NCBI GenBank assembly: GCA_963708295.1
Contig: CAVPSJ010000015.1
Location: forward strand, 1 to 64,000
Direction: 5' to 3'
Length of the DNA: 64,000 nt
From: an uncultured delta proteobacterium
GTDB taxonomy: Bacteria; Desulfobacterota; BSN033; UBA1163
The position numbers and the translations under genes were made by a program. Below, piece by piece: positions 1 to 8,075 of the stretch (position 1 is the first letter of the stretch; every line of letters begins with the position of its first letter). The notes under the pieces are model-generated. The model ran no database searches. It worked only from the letters and a program-made list of their open reading frames with translations, and was not told the DNA's origin.

Positions 1-14
1 AGCAGGCTTAAAAA

Positions 15-91
15 GTGAGTCGCAAGTTGTGAGTGGTCAGTGATCAGTTGTCAGTTACTGATTACTGGTAACCGATAACTGATTACTGATT
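15..91. repeat. Inverted repeat built of tandem heptamers (empty element) upstream of metV
   Basis: Six 7-mers gtgagtc/gcaagtt/gtgagtg/gtcagtg/atcagtt/gtcagtt (15-56) are followed by five complementary 7-mers actgatt/actggta/accgata/actgatt/actgatt (57-91), ending at the GGAGG RBS. Confidence 0.85.
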
Positions 92-102
92 GGAGGTTGC
101 CA

Positions 103-771
103 ATGATCGTAGCAAATCGTAAATCAATCGAAGAGATATTGAATATGCTCAAACCCTATAAGAAAGTACTTCTTCTGGGTTGCAATGAGTGTGTGACGGT
201 GTGTGCGACCGGAGGAGAAAGAGAGGTAGGGGTTTTGGCCTCAGAGCTCAGGCTATGCCGTTCCAAGGATGGTCAGGAGATTGAGATCAAGGAGCAAACG
301 TTAGAAAGACAATGCGACCATGAGTATATCGATAAGGTAAAAGAATTCGTAGGAGACTATGAGGCGATCCTATCGATGGCCTGCGGGGCCGGAATCCAGT
401 ATGTCGCTGAGAAATACCGGACCAAGCCGGTTTTGCCGGTGGTGAATACGACGTTTCTGGGGGTCACCGTTGAACAGGGAGTGTGGAGTGAGCGATGTCA
501 GGGGTGCGGCGCGTGCATTTTGGACCAGACCGGAGGAGTCTGTCCCATTGCCAGATGTGCGAAGAGCTTGCTCAACGGTCCTTGCGGAGGATCTTCGAAC
601 GGCAAGTGTGAGGTGGATAAGGAGATCGACTGTGGATGGCAGTTGATCATTGACAGGTTGAAGGAGCTCAATCAGTTGGACCGTTATGAGGAGATCATCC
701 CGGTGAAAGACTGGACGACCTCCCGGGACGGAGGGCCACGAAAGAGAATTAGGGAAGATCTAAGACTATAA
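103..771 (+). CDS. metV: Methylene-THF reductase small Fe-S/Zn subunit MetV (copy 1)
   Basis: GCxxCxxxC, RQC, ACGxG, CxxCxxC, CPIARCAKSLLNGPCGG and C-terminal CGW motifs; GGAGG at 92-96 precedes ATG 103. Confidence 0.9.
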   Translation: MIVANRKSIEEILNMLKPYKKVLLLGCNECVTVCATGGEREVGVLASELRLCRSKDGQEIEIKEQTLERQCDHEYIDKVKEFVGDYEAILSMACGAGIQYVAEKYRTKPVLPVVNTTFLGVTVEQGVWSERCQGCGACILDQTGGVCPIARCAKSLLNGPCGGSSNGKCEVDKEIDCGWQLIIDRLKELNQLDRYEEIIPVKDWTTSRDGGPRKRIREDLRL

Positions 772-1229
772 GGTTGAGGTTAAGGTTAAGGTTGAGCAAT
801 TTCTTAATTTTATCCTCGACTAAAGCCATCGGTAGAGGAGATGAAATATAATTCATTCGAAGATATGCCCGTATGGCAAAAAGCCATGGAACTTGCTGTT
901 AAGATCTTTAATTTGACCGAAACTCTTCCGAAAAAGGAAGACTATAGCCTTACTTCTCAAATTAGAAGATCATCATTATCTGTATCGGGTAATATCGCGG
1001 AAGGATTTGGAAGAAAACATACGAAGGACAAATTGAATTTCTATTATCACTCTAGAGGATCTTTGTCTGAGACAAAAAGTCATTTGATATATGGCAGAAA
1101 GGTTGGGTATTTTGAGAAGAAAGACTTTGAAGATCTATTGAACTTTATTGACGAAATATGGAAGGAATTAAACTCATTGATCAATTCCTTAACAAAAAAC
1201 TCTCAACCTTAACCTCAGCCTTAACCTTA
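769..1229. mobile_element. Cassette: four-helix-bundle gene bracketed by inverted tandem-hexamer arms
   Basis: Left arm t-aaggtt-gaggtt-aaggtt-aaggtt-gag (769-796) is near-complementary to right arm ctc-aacctt-aacctc-agcctt-aacctt-a (1202-1229); it separates metV from metF. Mobility is inferred, not shown. Confidence 0.65.
841..1212 (+). CDS. Four helix bundle protein (23S rRNA IVS-protein / Avd-like family)
   Basis: Typical family signature FEDMPVWQKA...LPKKEDYSLTSQIRRSSLSVSGNIAEG...SRGSLSE; GAGGAG RBS; visibly more AT-rich than neighbours. Confidence 0.9.
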   Translation: MKYNSFEDMPVWQKAMELAVKIFNLTETLPKKEDYSLTSQIRRSSLSVSGNIAEGFGRKHTKDKLNFYYHSRGSLSETKSHLIYGRKVGYFEKKDFEDLLNFIDEIWKELNSLINSLTKNSQP

Positions 1230-1248
1230 ATGATTTATAGGGGTGGCG

Positions 1249-2178
1249 ATGAAAACAAAATCCAACATTGAGAAGATATTGGAGAGCGGTGGTTTTGTGT
1301 TGACCTCCGAATGCGGACCGCCCAGGGGGGCAGACCCTGAAGTGATCCGGAAGAAAGGGAACCTGCTCAAGGGGGTGGTGGATGCGGTCAATGTGACGGA
1401 CAATCAAACCTCCGTGGTAAGGATGAGCTCTCTTTCTGCTTGCATCATTCTCAAAGAGATGGGGTTTGATCCGATCCTGCAGATGGTCTGCCGGGATCGG
1501 AATCGGATCGCAATTCAGAGTGATATCCTGGGAGCCGCAGCGTTGGGGATTAACAACATCCTTTGTTTATCCGGGGACCATCAGAAATTCGGAGATCATC
1601 CGAAAGCAAAGAATGTGTTTGATATCGATTCAATCCAACTTATTCAGACGGTAAGAGGGATGAGGGAGGAAGGAAGGTTCTTGGGAGGAGAAGAAGTCAA
1701 AGGGAAACCGGTCCTTTTTATCGGAGCGGCGGAGAATCCCTTTGCAGACCCCTTTGAAATCAGAGCGGCGCGATTGGGCAAGAAGGCCAGGGCGGGGGTG
1801 GAATTTTTGCAGACCCAGTGCATCTACAACATGGCGCGGTTTGAGAAGTGGATGGAGATGGTCAGGGAGAGAGGGCTTCACGAGAAGGTTGGCATATTGG
1901 CGGGAGTGACGCCTTTTAAATCGGTGGGGATGGCGCGGTATATGAAAAATTCAGTGCCCGGCATGGATGTGCCGGATGAGATGATTGAAAGAATGAAAGG
2001 GGTGCCAAAGGAGAAACAGCCCGAAGAGGGAATCAAGATCTGTGTGGAAACGATACAGAAGTTGAAAGAGATCCCTGGAGTCCGGGGAATCCACATCATG
2101 GCGATTGAGTGGGAGGAGAAGGTAGCGGAGATTGCGAAGGCCGCCGGTCTTCTGCCAAGACCCATCTCCAATTCATGA
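1249..2178 (+). CDS. metF: Methylenetetrahydrofolate reductase MetF (copy 1)
   Basis: TSECGPP, NVTDN, CRDRNR, LSGDH, QTQCIY and HIMAI motifs. Confidence 0.92.
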   Translation: MKTKSNIEKILESGGFVLTSECGPPRGADPEVIRKKGNLLKGVVDAVNVTDNQTSVVRMSSLSACIILKEMGFDPILQMVCRDRNRIAIQSDILGAAALGINNILCLSGDHQKFGDHPKAKNVFDIDSIQLIQTVRGMREEGRFLGGEEVKGKPVLFIGAAENPFADPFEIRAARLGKKARAGVEFLQTQCIYNMARFEKWMEMVRERGLHEKVGILAGVTPFKSVGMARYMKNSVPGMDVPDEMIERMKGVPKEKQPEEGIKICVETIQKLKEIPGVRGIHIMAIEWEEKVAEIAKAAGLLPRPISNS

Positions 2179-2301
2179 TTGCGGAGATCGTAGTTCCCCT
2201 CCCCCTCACGACGTTAATCTTACTTCTTTTCTTTCTTTCCGATTCGATTTGCTCTCCCATAACGCAAAGGCTCATCGTTAGTCGGGGTGTCCACTTTAAT
2301 T

Positions 2302-2520
2302 TTAACCACTCGAATGTTTTGAAGGTCTCAGTTTCCCCGTATTGCGGATAACGGCCCAGCACTTTTTACAAGTTACGGCTTCCGGATTCTGTGTTGCAAT
2401 GCCCTCAACCTGGGCGCGATGGGCGGCTTCACGGTCACGGGGATTGGATGCGACCACACCGTCATCATTTAAGAAGTCCAGGTCTTGTATCCTGGGCTTT
2501 CGTCTATGCTTTGATTTCAT
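2302..2520 (-). CDS. Hypothetical 72-aa protein with CxxC
   Basis: ATG-started ORF downstream of hicA; no family recognised. Confidence 0.3.
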   Translation of the reverse strand: MKSKHRRKPRIQDLDFLNDDGVVASNPRDREAAHRAQVEGIATQNPEAVTCKKCWAVIRNTGKLRPSKHSSG

Positions 2521-2596
2521 TTTTATTTGCTCAGGGCCCGAGTCGAGCTGAATTCGCCGACTGCAAGCCCTCCACTGGAGTGTTTTGTTGGCTTAT

Positions 2597-2812
2597 TCAC
2601 AAAAACTTCTCGAATTCTCCCACTGTCAATTTTGCTTGTTTCAAAATATGAGCGAGGGTTGAGCGTTTGATCGGGCGGTGGGCAGGGATGGTTAACTTGA
2701 AGGTTCCCGTTGGGGTGTGTTTTTGGAGCCGAACATGACTTCCTTTTTGCCTGACGACAACCCATCCCTGCCGTTGAAGCGCTCTTACGACTTGGTCATA
2801 ATGCCAACTCAA
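2597..2812 (-). CDS. hicA: HicA family toxin
   Basis: GW..VRQKGSH...TIPAH...TLAHILKQAKL signature. Confidence 0.88.
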   Translation of the reverse strand: MSWHYDQVVRALQRQGWVVVRQKGSHVRLQKHTPTGTFKLTIPAHRPIKRSTLAHILKQAKLTVGEFEKFL

Positions 2813-2999
2813 TCATCTCGGCATTTTGGGCAAGGACTTGGTCATCTTCAACAGGCTCAAGATATAGTTCGATAGCTTCGCGAATATTCTCGAGGGCTTC
2901 TTCCTTTGTGTCCCCCTCGCTGATGCAGCCGGGTAGAGAAGGGACAAGGGCTGTGTAACCGCCTTCTTCGCTAGGTTCCAGAATTATTTTCAGCTTCAT
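2796..2999 (-). CDS. hicB: HicB family antitoxin (short form)
   Basis: EEGGYTALVPSLPGCISEGDTKEEALENIREAIELYLE signature; GAGGTG RBS. Confidence 0.9.
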   Translation of the reverse strand: MKLKIILEPSEEGGYTALVPSLPGCISEGDTKEEALENIREAIELYLEPVEDDQVLAQNAEMIELAL

Positions 3000-3367
3000 G
3001 GTGTCACCTCACATAGTAACTATATCATATTCTTGAAGATCTTGTCATTATTGAAGCCAACGAGCCTGTAGGAAAAGTCAGTTTTTTAAGAACGCTTCAT
3101 CCACTGAGGTCAAAAGTAGGAAATTATCTTCCGTCATCAAAAGTTTTTCCAATCCGTGGGGCAACGTCTGTCTTCTGATGATATTTTCCTTACCACAATA
3201 CCCGATTACCCAATCCGGCTCCTTCACACAAACTCCAGACCGTATCGATTACAATAATTGGGCCCTCGGAGAACAGCCCAGTCGAGTCAGGAGGTCTCTC
3301 CGGTCCGGGTCATCCAGTTGGCTTGAAAGAACATTATCAAAAAAGGGTGGACTCGTCAACTTATGTA

Positions 3368-3430
3368 AAATCCCCCCCCCACCCCCCTTTGCTTGCCTCT
3401 GGCAGGAAAAAGATACCAAAGAGGGGGAAT
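3368..3430. repeat. REP-like C-run/G-run palindromic element
   Basis: aaatccccccccacccccctttg ... caaagagggggaa. Confidence 0.5.
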
Positions 3431-3522
3431 TAGAAGTCTCGCTTTGTTAAAGGACAGGGATTTCCTTAGTCTTGCTTCATTCGAATTTGAGGGGTCTGAT
3501 ATCTTTGGGGGCTCTTTTCCCC

Positions 3523-3551
3523 TTGACTGCATGGAAACTTAAGGGTAAATA
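3523..3551 (+). promoter_or_regulatory. Possible sigma70 promoter of the fusion MTHFR gene
   Basis: TTGACT-17 nt-TAAATA in an AT-rich intergenic region. Confidence 0.35.
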
Positions 3552-3702
3552 TTGTATAAATAAATAGTGTTTCCGACCTTGAAATGTCATTCAAACTCAC
3601 CTAAATTTAAAGCACCCATGCCTTAGACCACGGCGGAAGGATCAGGGAGAGACGACGGCACCCCTAGGGTGCCTTTCGATATTGGAGACCGGGAGATCTT
3701 AA

Positions 3703-5748
3703 ATGGAGAAGTTGAATCAGAAGCGTAAAGTACTTGTGATTGGCAGTATCCCCGAATTGCATCAGTTGATGGAAGAAAGCCTTCGAGATCGATTCGAAGT
3801 GGTCCATGCCTCGAGTGAAAGCGAGGGGCTGTCCAAAGCAAGAGGGGAACGGCCCGAAACGCTCATTCTGGGATATCTTGACCCCAGGGGAAGTTCCTTC
3901 AGGCTCCACAAAAAACTAAGGGAAGGCTGGATCACAAAACATATCCCCCAGCTCATCGTCGATGCGCATTTCCCGGGGCAGCCGGAGAAGGCCTGGACCC
4001 CCGCAGAGGCAATGCAGATGGATGCGGAGGATTATCTCTCCGTCGAGCAAGGAGATGCGACCTCCGTGGCCCAAGCCCTCGAAGCCTTGAACCTTACGGA
4101 AAAGATCGAAGTCAAGCTGAGCGAGAAGGCAAATCCTTTCAGACAGGCCATCGTTGACCCGAAAACCTTCTGTGTGACATGGGAGCAAATCCCCGGAAGG
4201 GGGGCCTTTGAAATGCAGCAGGAGACGGTGTTTGACAACGTGGCAAAGGCTGCCGAGATGGGAAGGATCCATGCAATCAGCGTCACAGACAACCCCGGTG
4301 GAAACCCTGCCATCTCTACGGAGATGCTGTGCGCCGAAATTAAGAAAGTGGGGTCGGAACCTCTGGTTCATCTGGCCTGCCGGGACAAGAACAGGAGCCA
4401 GATCGAGAGCATGCTCTACGGGCTGGCTGCCAGTGGAGTGAGGAATATCCTCGCCCTGACGGGGGATTATCCCTCTCCGGAGGGTTTCGAAGGCAAGCCC
4501 AAACCCGTCTTCGACGTGGACTCGGTGAATGTGGTTCGGCTGGCCGAAGCCATGAACAGAGGGTTGGAGCACTTTGCCATGGGGAAGAAAGTAATCCTTG
4601 CCCCGACGGATCTGTTTGTGGGCGTCTGTGTTTCGCCTTTTAAGAAACTGGAATCGGAACTTTCGGCTCAGTATTACAAGCTGAAGAAGAAGGTCCAGGC
4701 GGGGGCGAAATTCATTATCATTCAAGTGGGCTACGACGCCCGTAAGTTCCACGAAGTCTTACAGTGGCTTCGAGTCAATCGCTATAACGTCCCGGTCCTG
4801 GCCAACATTTACGTTTTGCCTCTTGGAGCCGCAAAGCTCATGAACAGCAACAAAATCCCGGGCTGTGTCGTGACCGATAAGCTGGTTGCGGAGTTGGCAG
4901 GAGAGTCAAAGGCTCCTGACAAAGGGAAAGCGGCACGGCTTCTGCGGTCGGCAAAACTCTATGCTATTTCCAAAGGGATGGGATATGCGGGAGCTCACAT
5001 CGGAGGTCATGGTATCACCTCCGAGATGGTGGAGTATATCATCACCAAGGGGGAGGAACTCTCCAAAGACTGGGAGAAGCTGATTCCCGAATTCGATTAT
5101 CCCCAGCCCGAAGGGTTCTATCTCTTTGAGAAAGATCCGAAGACCGACTTGAACACAAGCGTGTTGGCGAAGAGGCCTTCGAAGAGTTCACCTCCTTTTA
5201 TTTACAGGCTTTCGAGGATCGCCCATGTGACGCTGTTCGAACAGAAGAGCTGGGTTTTTAAGATGCTGAGACCCATAGCGAAGTGGGCGGATGTCTCGCC
5301 CAAAGCAAGAGCCTTCCTGGAATTTTCAGAGCATCTGGCAAAGACAATTCTTTTTCACTGTCTGAATTGCGGTGATTGCGCCCTGTTTGATGTCGGCTTT
5401 GTCTGTCCCATGTCGCAGTGCCCGAAGAGCCAGAGAAACGGCGCCTGCGGTGGAAGTTATCAAGGCTGGTGTGAAGTCTACCCGAATGAGAAGAAGTGTG
5501 TCTGGGTCCAGGCGTACGATCGGCTCAAGGCCTACGGAGAGGAAAATAGTTTAGGGGACTATATCGTCCCTCCGTGCAATTGGGAGTTGTGGCAGACCTC
5601 TTCCTGGCTCAATTTCTACATGGGCAGGGATCATACGGCAAAGAGACTGGGGATCAAACCCCCTCGGCCCCCTCAGAATGAGGCTCAGACAGAGAAACCC
5701 AAAGAGGAAAAGAAACCCCCTAAGGACCCCTCCCGGAAAAAAGAATAA
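3703..5748 (+). CDS. Pseudo-receiver domain + MetF + MetV-like (MTHFR C-terminal) fusion protein
   Basis: aa ~8-130 are REC-like (KVLVIG...RPETLILG...HIPQLIV...AEDYL); central MetF (TWEQIPG, SVTDNPGG, CRDKNR, TGDY, IQVGYD); C-terminal CLNCGDC..CPMSQCPKSQRNGACGG..C..CVW. Confidence 0.85.
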   Translation: MEKLNQKRKVLVIGSIPELHQLMEESLRDRFEVVHASSESEGLSKARGERPETLILGYLDPRGSSFRLHKKLREGWITKHIPQLIVDAHFPGQPEKAWTPAEAMQMDAEDYLSVEQGDATSVAQALEALNLTEKIEVKLSEKANPFRQAIVDPKTFCVTWEQIPGRGAFEMQQETVFDNVAKAAEMGRIHAISVTDNPGGNPAISTEMLCAEIKKVGSEPLVHLACRDKNRSQIESMLYGLAASGVRNILALTGDYPSPEGFEGKPKPVFDVDSVNVVRLAEAMNRGLEHFAMGKKVILAPTDLFVGVCVSPFKKLESELSAQYYKLKKKVQAGAKFIIIQVGYDARKFHEVLQWLRVNRYNVPVLANIYVLPLGAAKLMNSNKIPGCVVTDKLVAELAGESKAPDKGKAARLLRSAKLYAISKGMGYAGAHIGGHGITSEMVEYIITKGEELSKDWEKLIPEFDYPQPEGFYLFEKDPKTDLNTSVLAKRPSKSSPPFIYRLSRIAHVTLFEQKSWVFKMLRPIAKWADVSPKARAFLEFSEHLAKTILFHCLNCGDCALFDVGFVCPMSQCPKSQRNGACGGSYQGWCEVYPNEKKCVWVQAYDRLKAYGEENSLGDYIVPPCNWELWQTSSWLNFYMGRDHTAKRLGIKPPRPPQNEAQTEKPKEEKKPPKDPSRKKE

Positions 5749-5778
5749 GTTACAACAAGCCTGTCCAGAATAGAATTG

Positions 5779-5823
5779 TCACCGCGGAGCCGCAGAGAAC
5801 CAATCTCCGCGCCTCTGCGGTGA
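5779..5823. repeat. Hairpin/inverted repeat between convergent genes
   Basis: tcaccgcggagccgcagaga ... tctccgcgcctctgcggtga (17/20 Watson-Crick). Confidence 0.65.
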
Positions 5824-5895
5824 AACAAAATCAACATCACCTTCGAAGGAAATCCACTTATTAATTAGCCCGTATTTGAATAGACATCTGATTAA

Positions 5896-6081
5896 CCCCA
5901 CCCCCACCCTGTCCCTCCCGCTGAGGAGGAGGGAAACAATTGTTTTCCTTCTCCTGAAGGGGAGGGAGACCATTGTGTCCCTCCCCCTCAGATGGAAAGG
6001 AATCGTTGTTTCCTTTCCCTGAAGGGGAAGAAATGCTTCTGCTCCTCCCCCTTCAAGGGGGAGGTTGGGAAGGGGATGGGG
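5896..6081. repeat. Tandem array of ~5 degenerate REP-like palindromes, ~32-34 nt period
   Basis: Units resembling tccctcccc-tgaa-ggggaggga start at ~5912, 5946, 5978, 6011 and 6043. Confidence 0.7.
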
Positions 6082-6146
6082 ATTGCCGGAGCAGTCGTTA
6101 TGTCTTCTTAACTATGGCTTCGTTAGTCATTTGGACAGAAGTGACC

Positions 6147-7016
6147 TTACAACAAGCCGACCGGACCCAAGACTTCTTGGGGACTGGTGATGAGCTTCTG
6201 AAGGCCCACCTCTTGCGGGAGGGCGCCAAAGGCGAGGCCCATCAACTGGGTAAAATAAAGGATGGGAATTCCATAGCGGGTTTTATAGGTCTCCTCAATC
6301 TGCCTTTGACGGCCGTCGAGGTTTGCCTGGCAAAGAGGGCACGCGACCGCGATGGCATTGGCTCCGGCCTCCTTTGCCTCACGAAGAATATCGTTTGAAA
6401 GTTTGAGGACCATATCGGACCGGGTGAGGGTCATCGACGCACCGCAGCACTCTGTTTTAAAAGACCAGTCCATCGTTTCTGCGCCCAGGGCCCTGACAAG
6501 GGTATCCATGCTCTGGGGATCCTCCGCATGATCAAACTGCGCTATTTTCGGCGGGCGTGTGAGGAGGCATCCGTAATAACAGGCCACCTTCAAACCCGTC
6601 AGCTTCTTTCGAATCCTCTCGCGGATTTTCTCGACGCCCATTTCAGCGAAAACCTCTAAAGGGTGGTAAACCTTCACCTTACCCCGGTACTTATAATCAA
6701 AAACTTCCCAGATCTTTTCTTCAAACCGGCATCTTGCTCCAGTTCCGAAATTGGCGGCCTTGAATCTGGAAAGGCAGGCCGGACAGGGAGCGATCAATTT
6801 ATCCAGGCCGTCTTTTTCAGCATGAGAAAGGTTGAGGACGGGAAGGGCGATCGATAAGAGATGGGAAGTCGCATGGGCGGATGAAGCTCCGCAACAAACC
6901 CAATCCTTGACTTCGACGAGGTCCATTCCTAACGCCTTCGTGACATATTTGAGAGAGAGATGATAATCATATCCGAAAGAGCTGAGAGAGCACCCCGGGA
7001 AATAGCCATATTTCAT
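6147..7016 (-). CDS. hdrB: Heterodisulfide reductase subunit B-like (CCG domains)
   Basis: YFPGCS, WVCCGA, PCPAC, YYGC, ECCGA, ACPLCQANLD motifs; AAGGAG RBS before ATG 7016; probable compensating indel pair near 6715-6760. Confidence 0.9.
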   Translation of the reverse strand: MKYGYFPGCSLSSFGYDYHLSLKYVTKALGMDLVEVKDWVCCGASSAHATSHLLSIALPVLNLSHAEKDGLDKLIAPCPACLSRFKAANFGTGARCRFEEKIWEVFDYKYRGKVKVYHPLEVFAEMGVEKIRERIRKKLTGLKVACYYGCLLTRPPKIAQFDHAEDPQSMDTLVRALGAETMDWSFKTECCGASMTLTRSDMVLKLSNDILREAKEAGANAIAVACPLCQANLDGRQRQIEETYKTRYGIPILYFTQLMGLAFGALPQEVGLQKLITSPQEVLGPVGLL

Positions 7017-7083
7017 TACAAAGCTCCTTACATGAGATATTACTAAGGAGTCCATAATTGATTAGACATATTCTTCCAAAAAT

Positions 7084-7184
7084 CTCCCCTCCCCTCGGTG
7101 GGAGGGGATGAAGGGGAGGGGGGACCCAAAAGGTCTTCATCTTGTCCACCCCCACCCTCGCCCTCCCCCATCGAAGGGGGAGGG
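7084..7184. repeat. Pair of REP-like palindromes
   Basis: cccctcccctcggtgggagggg and ccctcccccatcgaagggggaggg with flanking G/C runs. Confidence 0.6.
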
Positions 7185-7245
7185 GATTATTGGATATGGA
7201 CTGATTAGTAATTTTTAAAGTTCAATAGTCAAATTCCAAATCCAA

Positions 7246-7426
7246 TCACCCGTCCCCTGTCCCCTCGAGACTGTATCACAATAGCGGAATGATGAAAAAT
7301 GTCATGCTGAACTTGTTTCAGCATCTAATAAAATCAATAAATTACGAGACCCTGAAACGAGTTCAGGGTGACAAGAAACGAATTACGATACAGCTTCCTC
7401 AGGGGAGAGGGATGGAGTGAGGGGAC
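7246..7426. repeat. Nested (three-layer) palindromic element
   Basis: Outer C-rich/G-rich arms; middle IR ctgtatcacaat (7271-7282)/attacgatacag (7382-7393); inner IR tgtcatgctgaacttgtttcagcatct (7300-7326)/agaccctgaaacgagttcagggtgaca (7347-7373). Confidence 0.7.
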
Positions 7427-7460
7427 CTGAATTTCGTTCGTTGAGGGTCTGAGCATAAAC

Positions 7461-8051
7461 TTAGTGTCCCCCGTGCTCTTGTACGGGCACGGATTGCTCT
7501 TTCTCCAACTTTTTTATTCTCGCCATCACCTGACGCAATTCTTTTACCCCATGGCTTTTGTGAGGAAGGAGTTTAAGCTTTCCCCTCAGCAGCATGGGAG
7601 AGGCCATGTCGATATCTTTAAAGGGTGTCAGCATTGCCAAATGGATGAGCAGGGCAAGGCCCAGGGGATACACCTTTCCAAAACGTTCCACAAGGGCCAT
7701 AAAGATGCGATGCAGGGCAGGAACGGCAGGGTAGGGGTTATAGTAATCGACCTCCTTTGAACACTCCCTCAATCCATTGATGAGGCGAAGGATGTTGATG
7801 TCCTGAGGGCAACGCGTATTGCAGGTCTCGCAGGAAAGGCAGACCCAGATGGTGCCCGACCAATAAATTTCCTCGGACAGGCCGAGTTGAACGGCTCGCA
7901 TCAGTTCATGAGGCTTCATCCTCATGGCATAAGCAGAGGGGCAGCCCAGCGTGCATTTCTTGCATTGGGTACAGAGCAGGGCATTTTCGCCCGTCAGGGC
8001 CTCGAGGTCTCGGGCAAATTTCAGATTCTCCTTTGAAAAAGCGATACTCAT
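7461..8051 (-). CDS. hdrC: Heterodisulfide reductase subunit C-like (2x[4Fe-4S])
   Basis: CTQCKKCTLGCP and CLSCETCNTRCP motifs; adjacent to hdrB. Confidence 0.88.
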   Translation of the reverse strand: MSIAFSKENLKFARDLEALTGENALLCTQCKKCTLGCPSAYAMRMKPHELMRAVQLGLSEEIYWSGTIWVCLSCETCNTRCPQDINILRLINGLRECSKEVDYYNPYPAVPALHRIFMALVERFGKVYPLGLALLIHLAMLTPFKDIDMASPMLLRGKLKLLPHKSHGVKELRQVMARIKKLEKEQSVPVQEHGGH

Positions 8052-8075
8052 GAATTCTCCTTTTCCCGCATTCGT

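Noticed and set aside
841-1212. Diversity-generating retroelement (Avd-like gene)
   Set aside because: No reverse transcriptase or TR/VR pair is visible in the window.
3213-3335. Glycine-riboswitch-like ggagagacc on the minus strand
   Set aside because: Downstream conserved elements (ccgaaggag, ctctcagg) are absent.
5896-6081. Possible CRISPR array
   Set aside because: The repeats are degenerate, the linkers are only ~10 nt, and there are no cas genes in the window.
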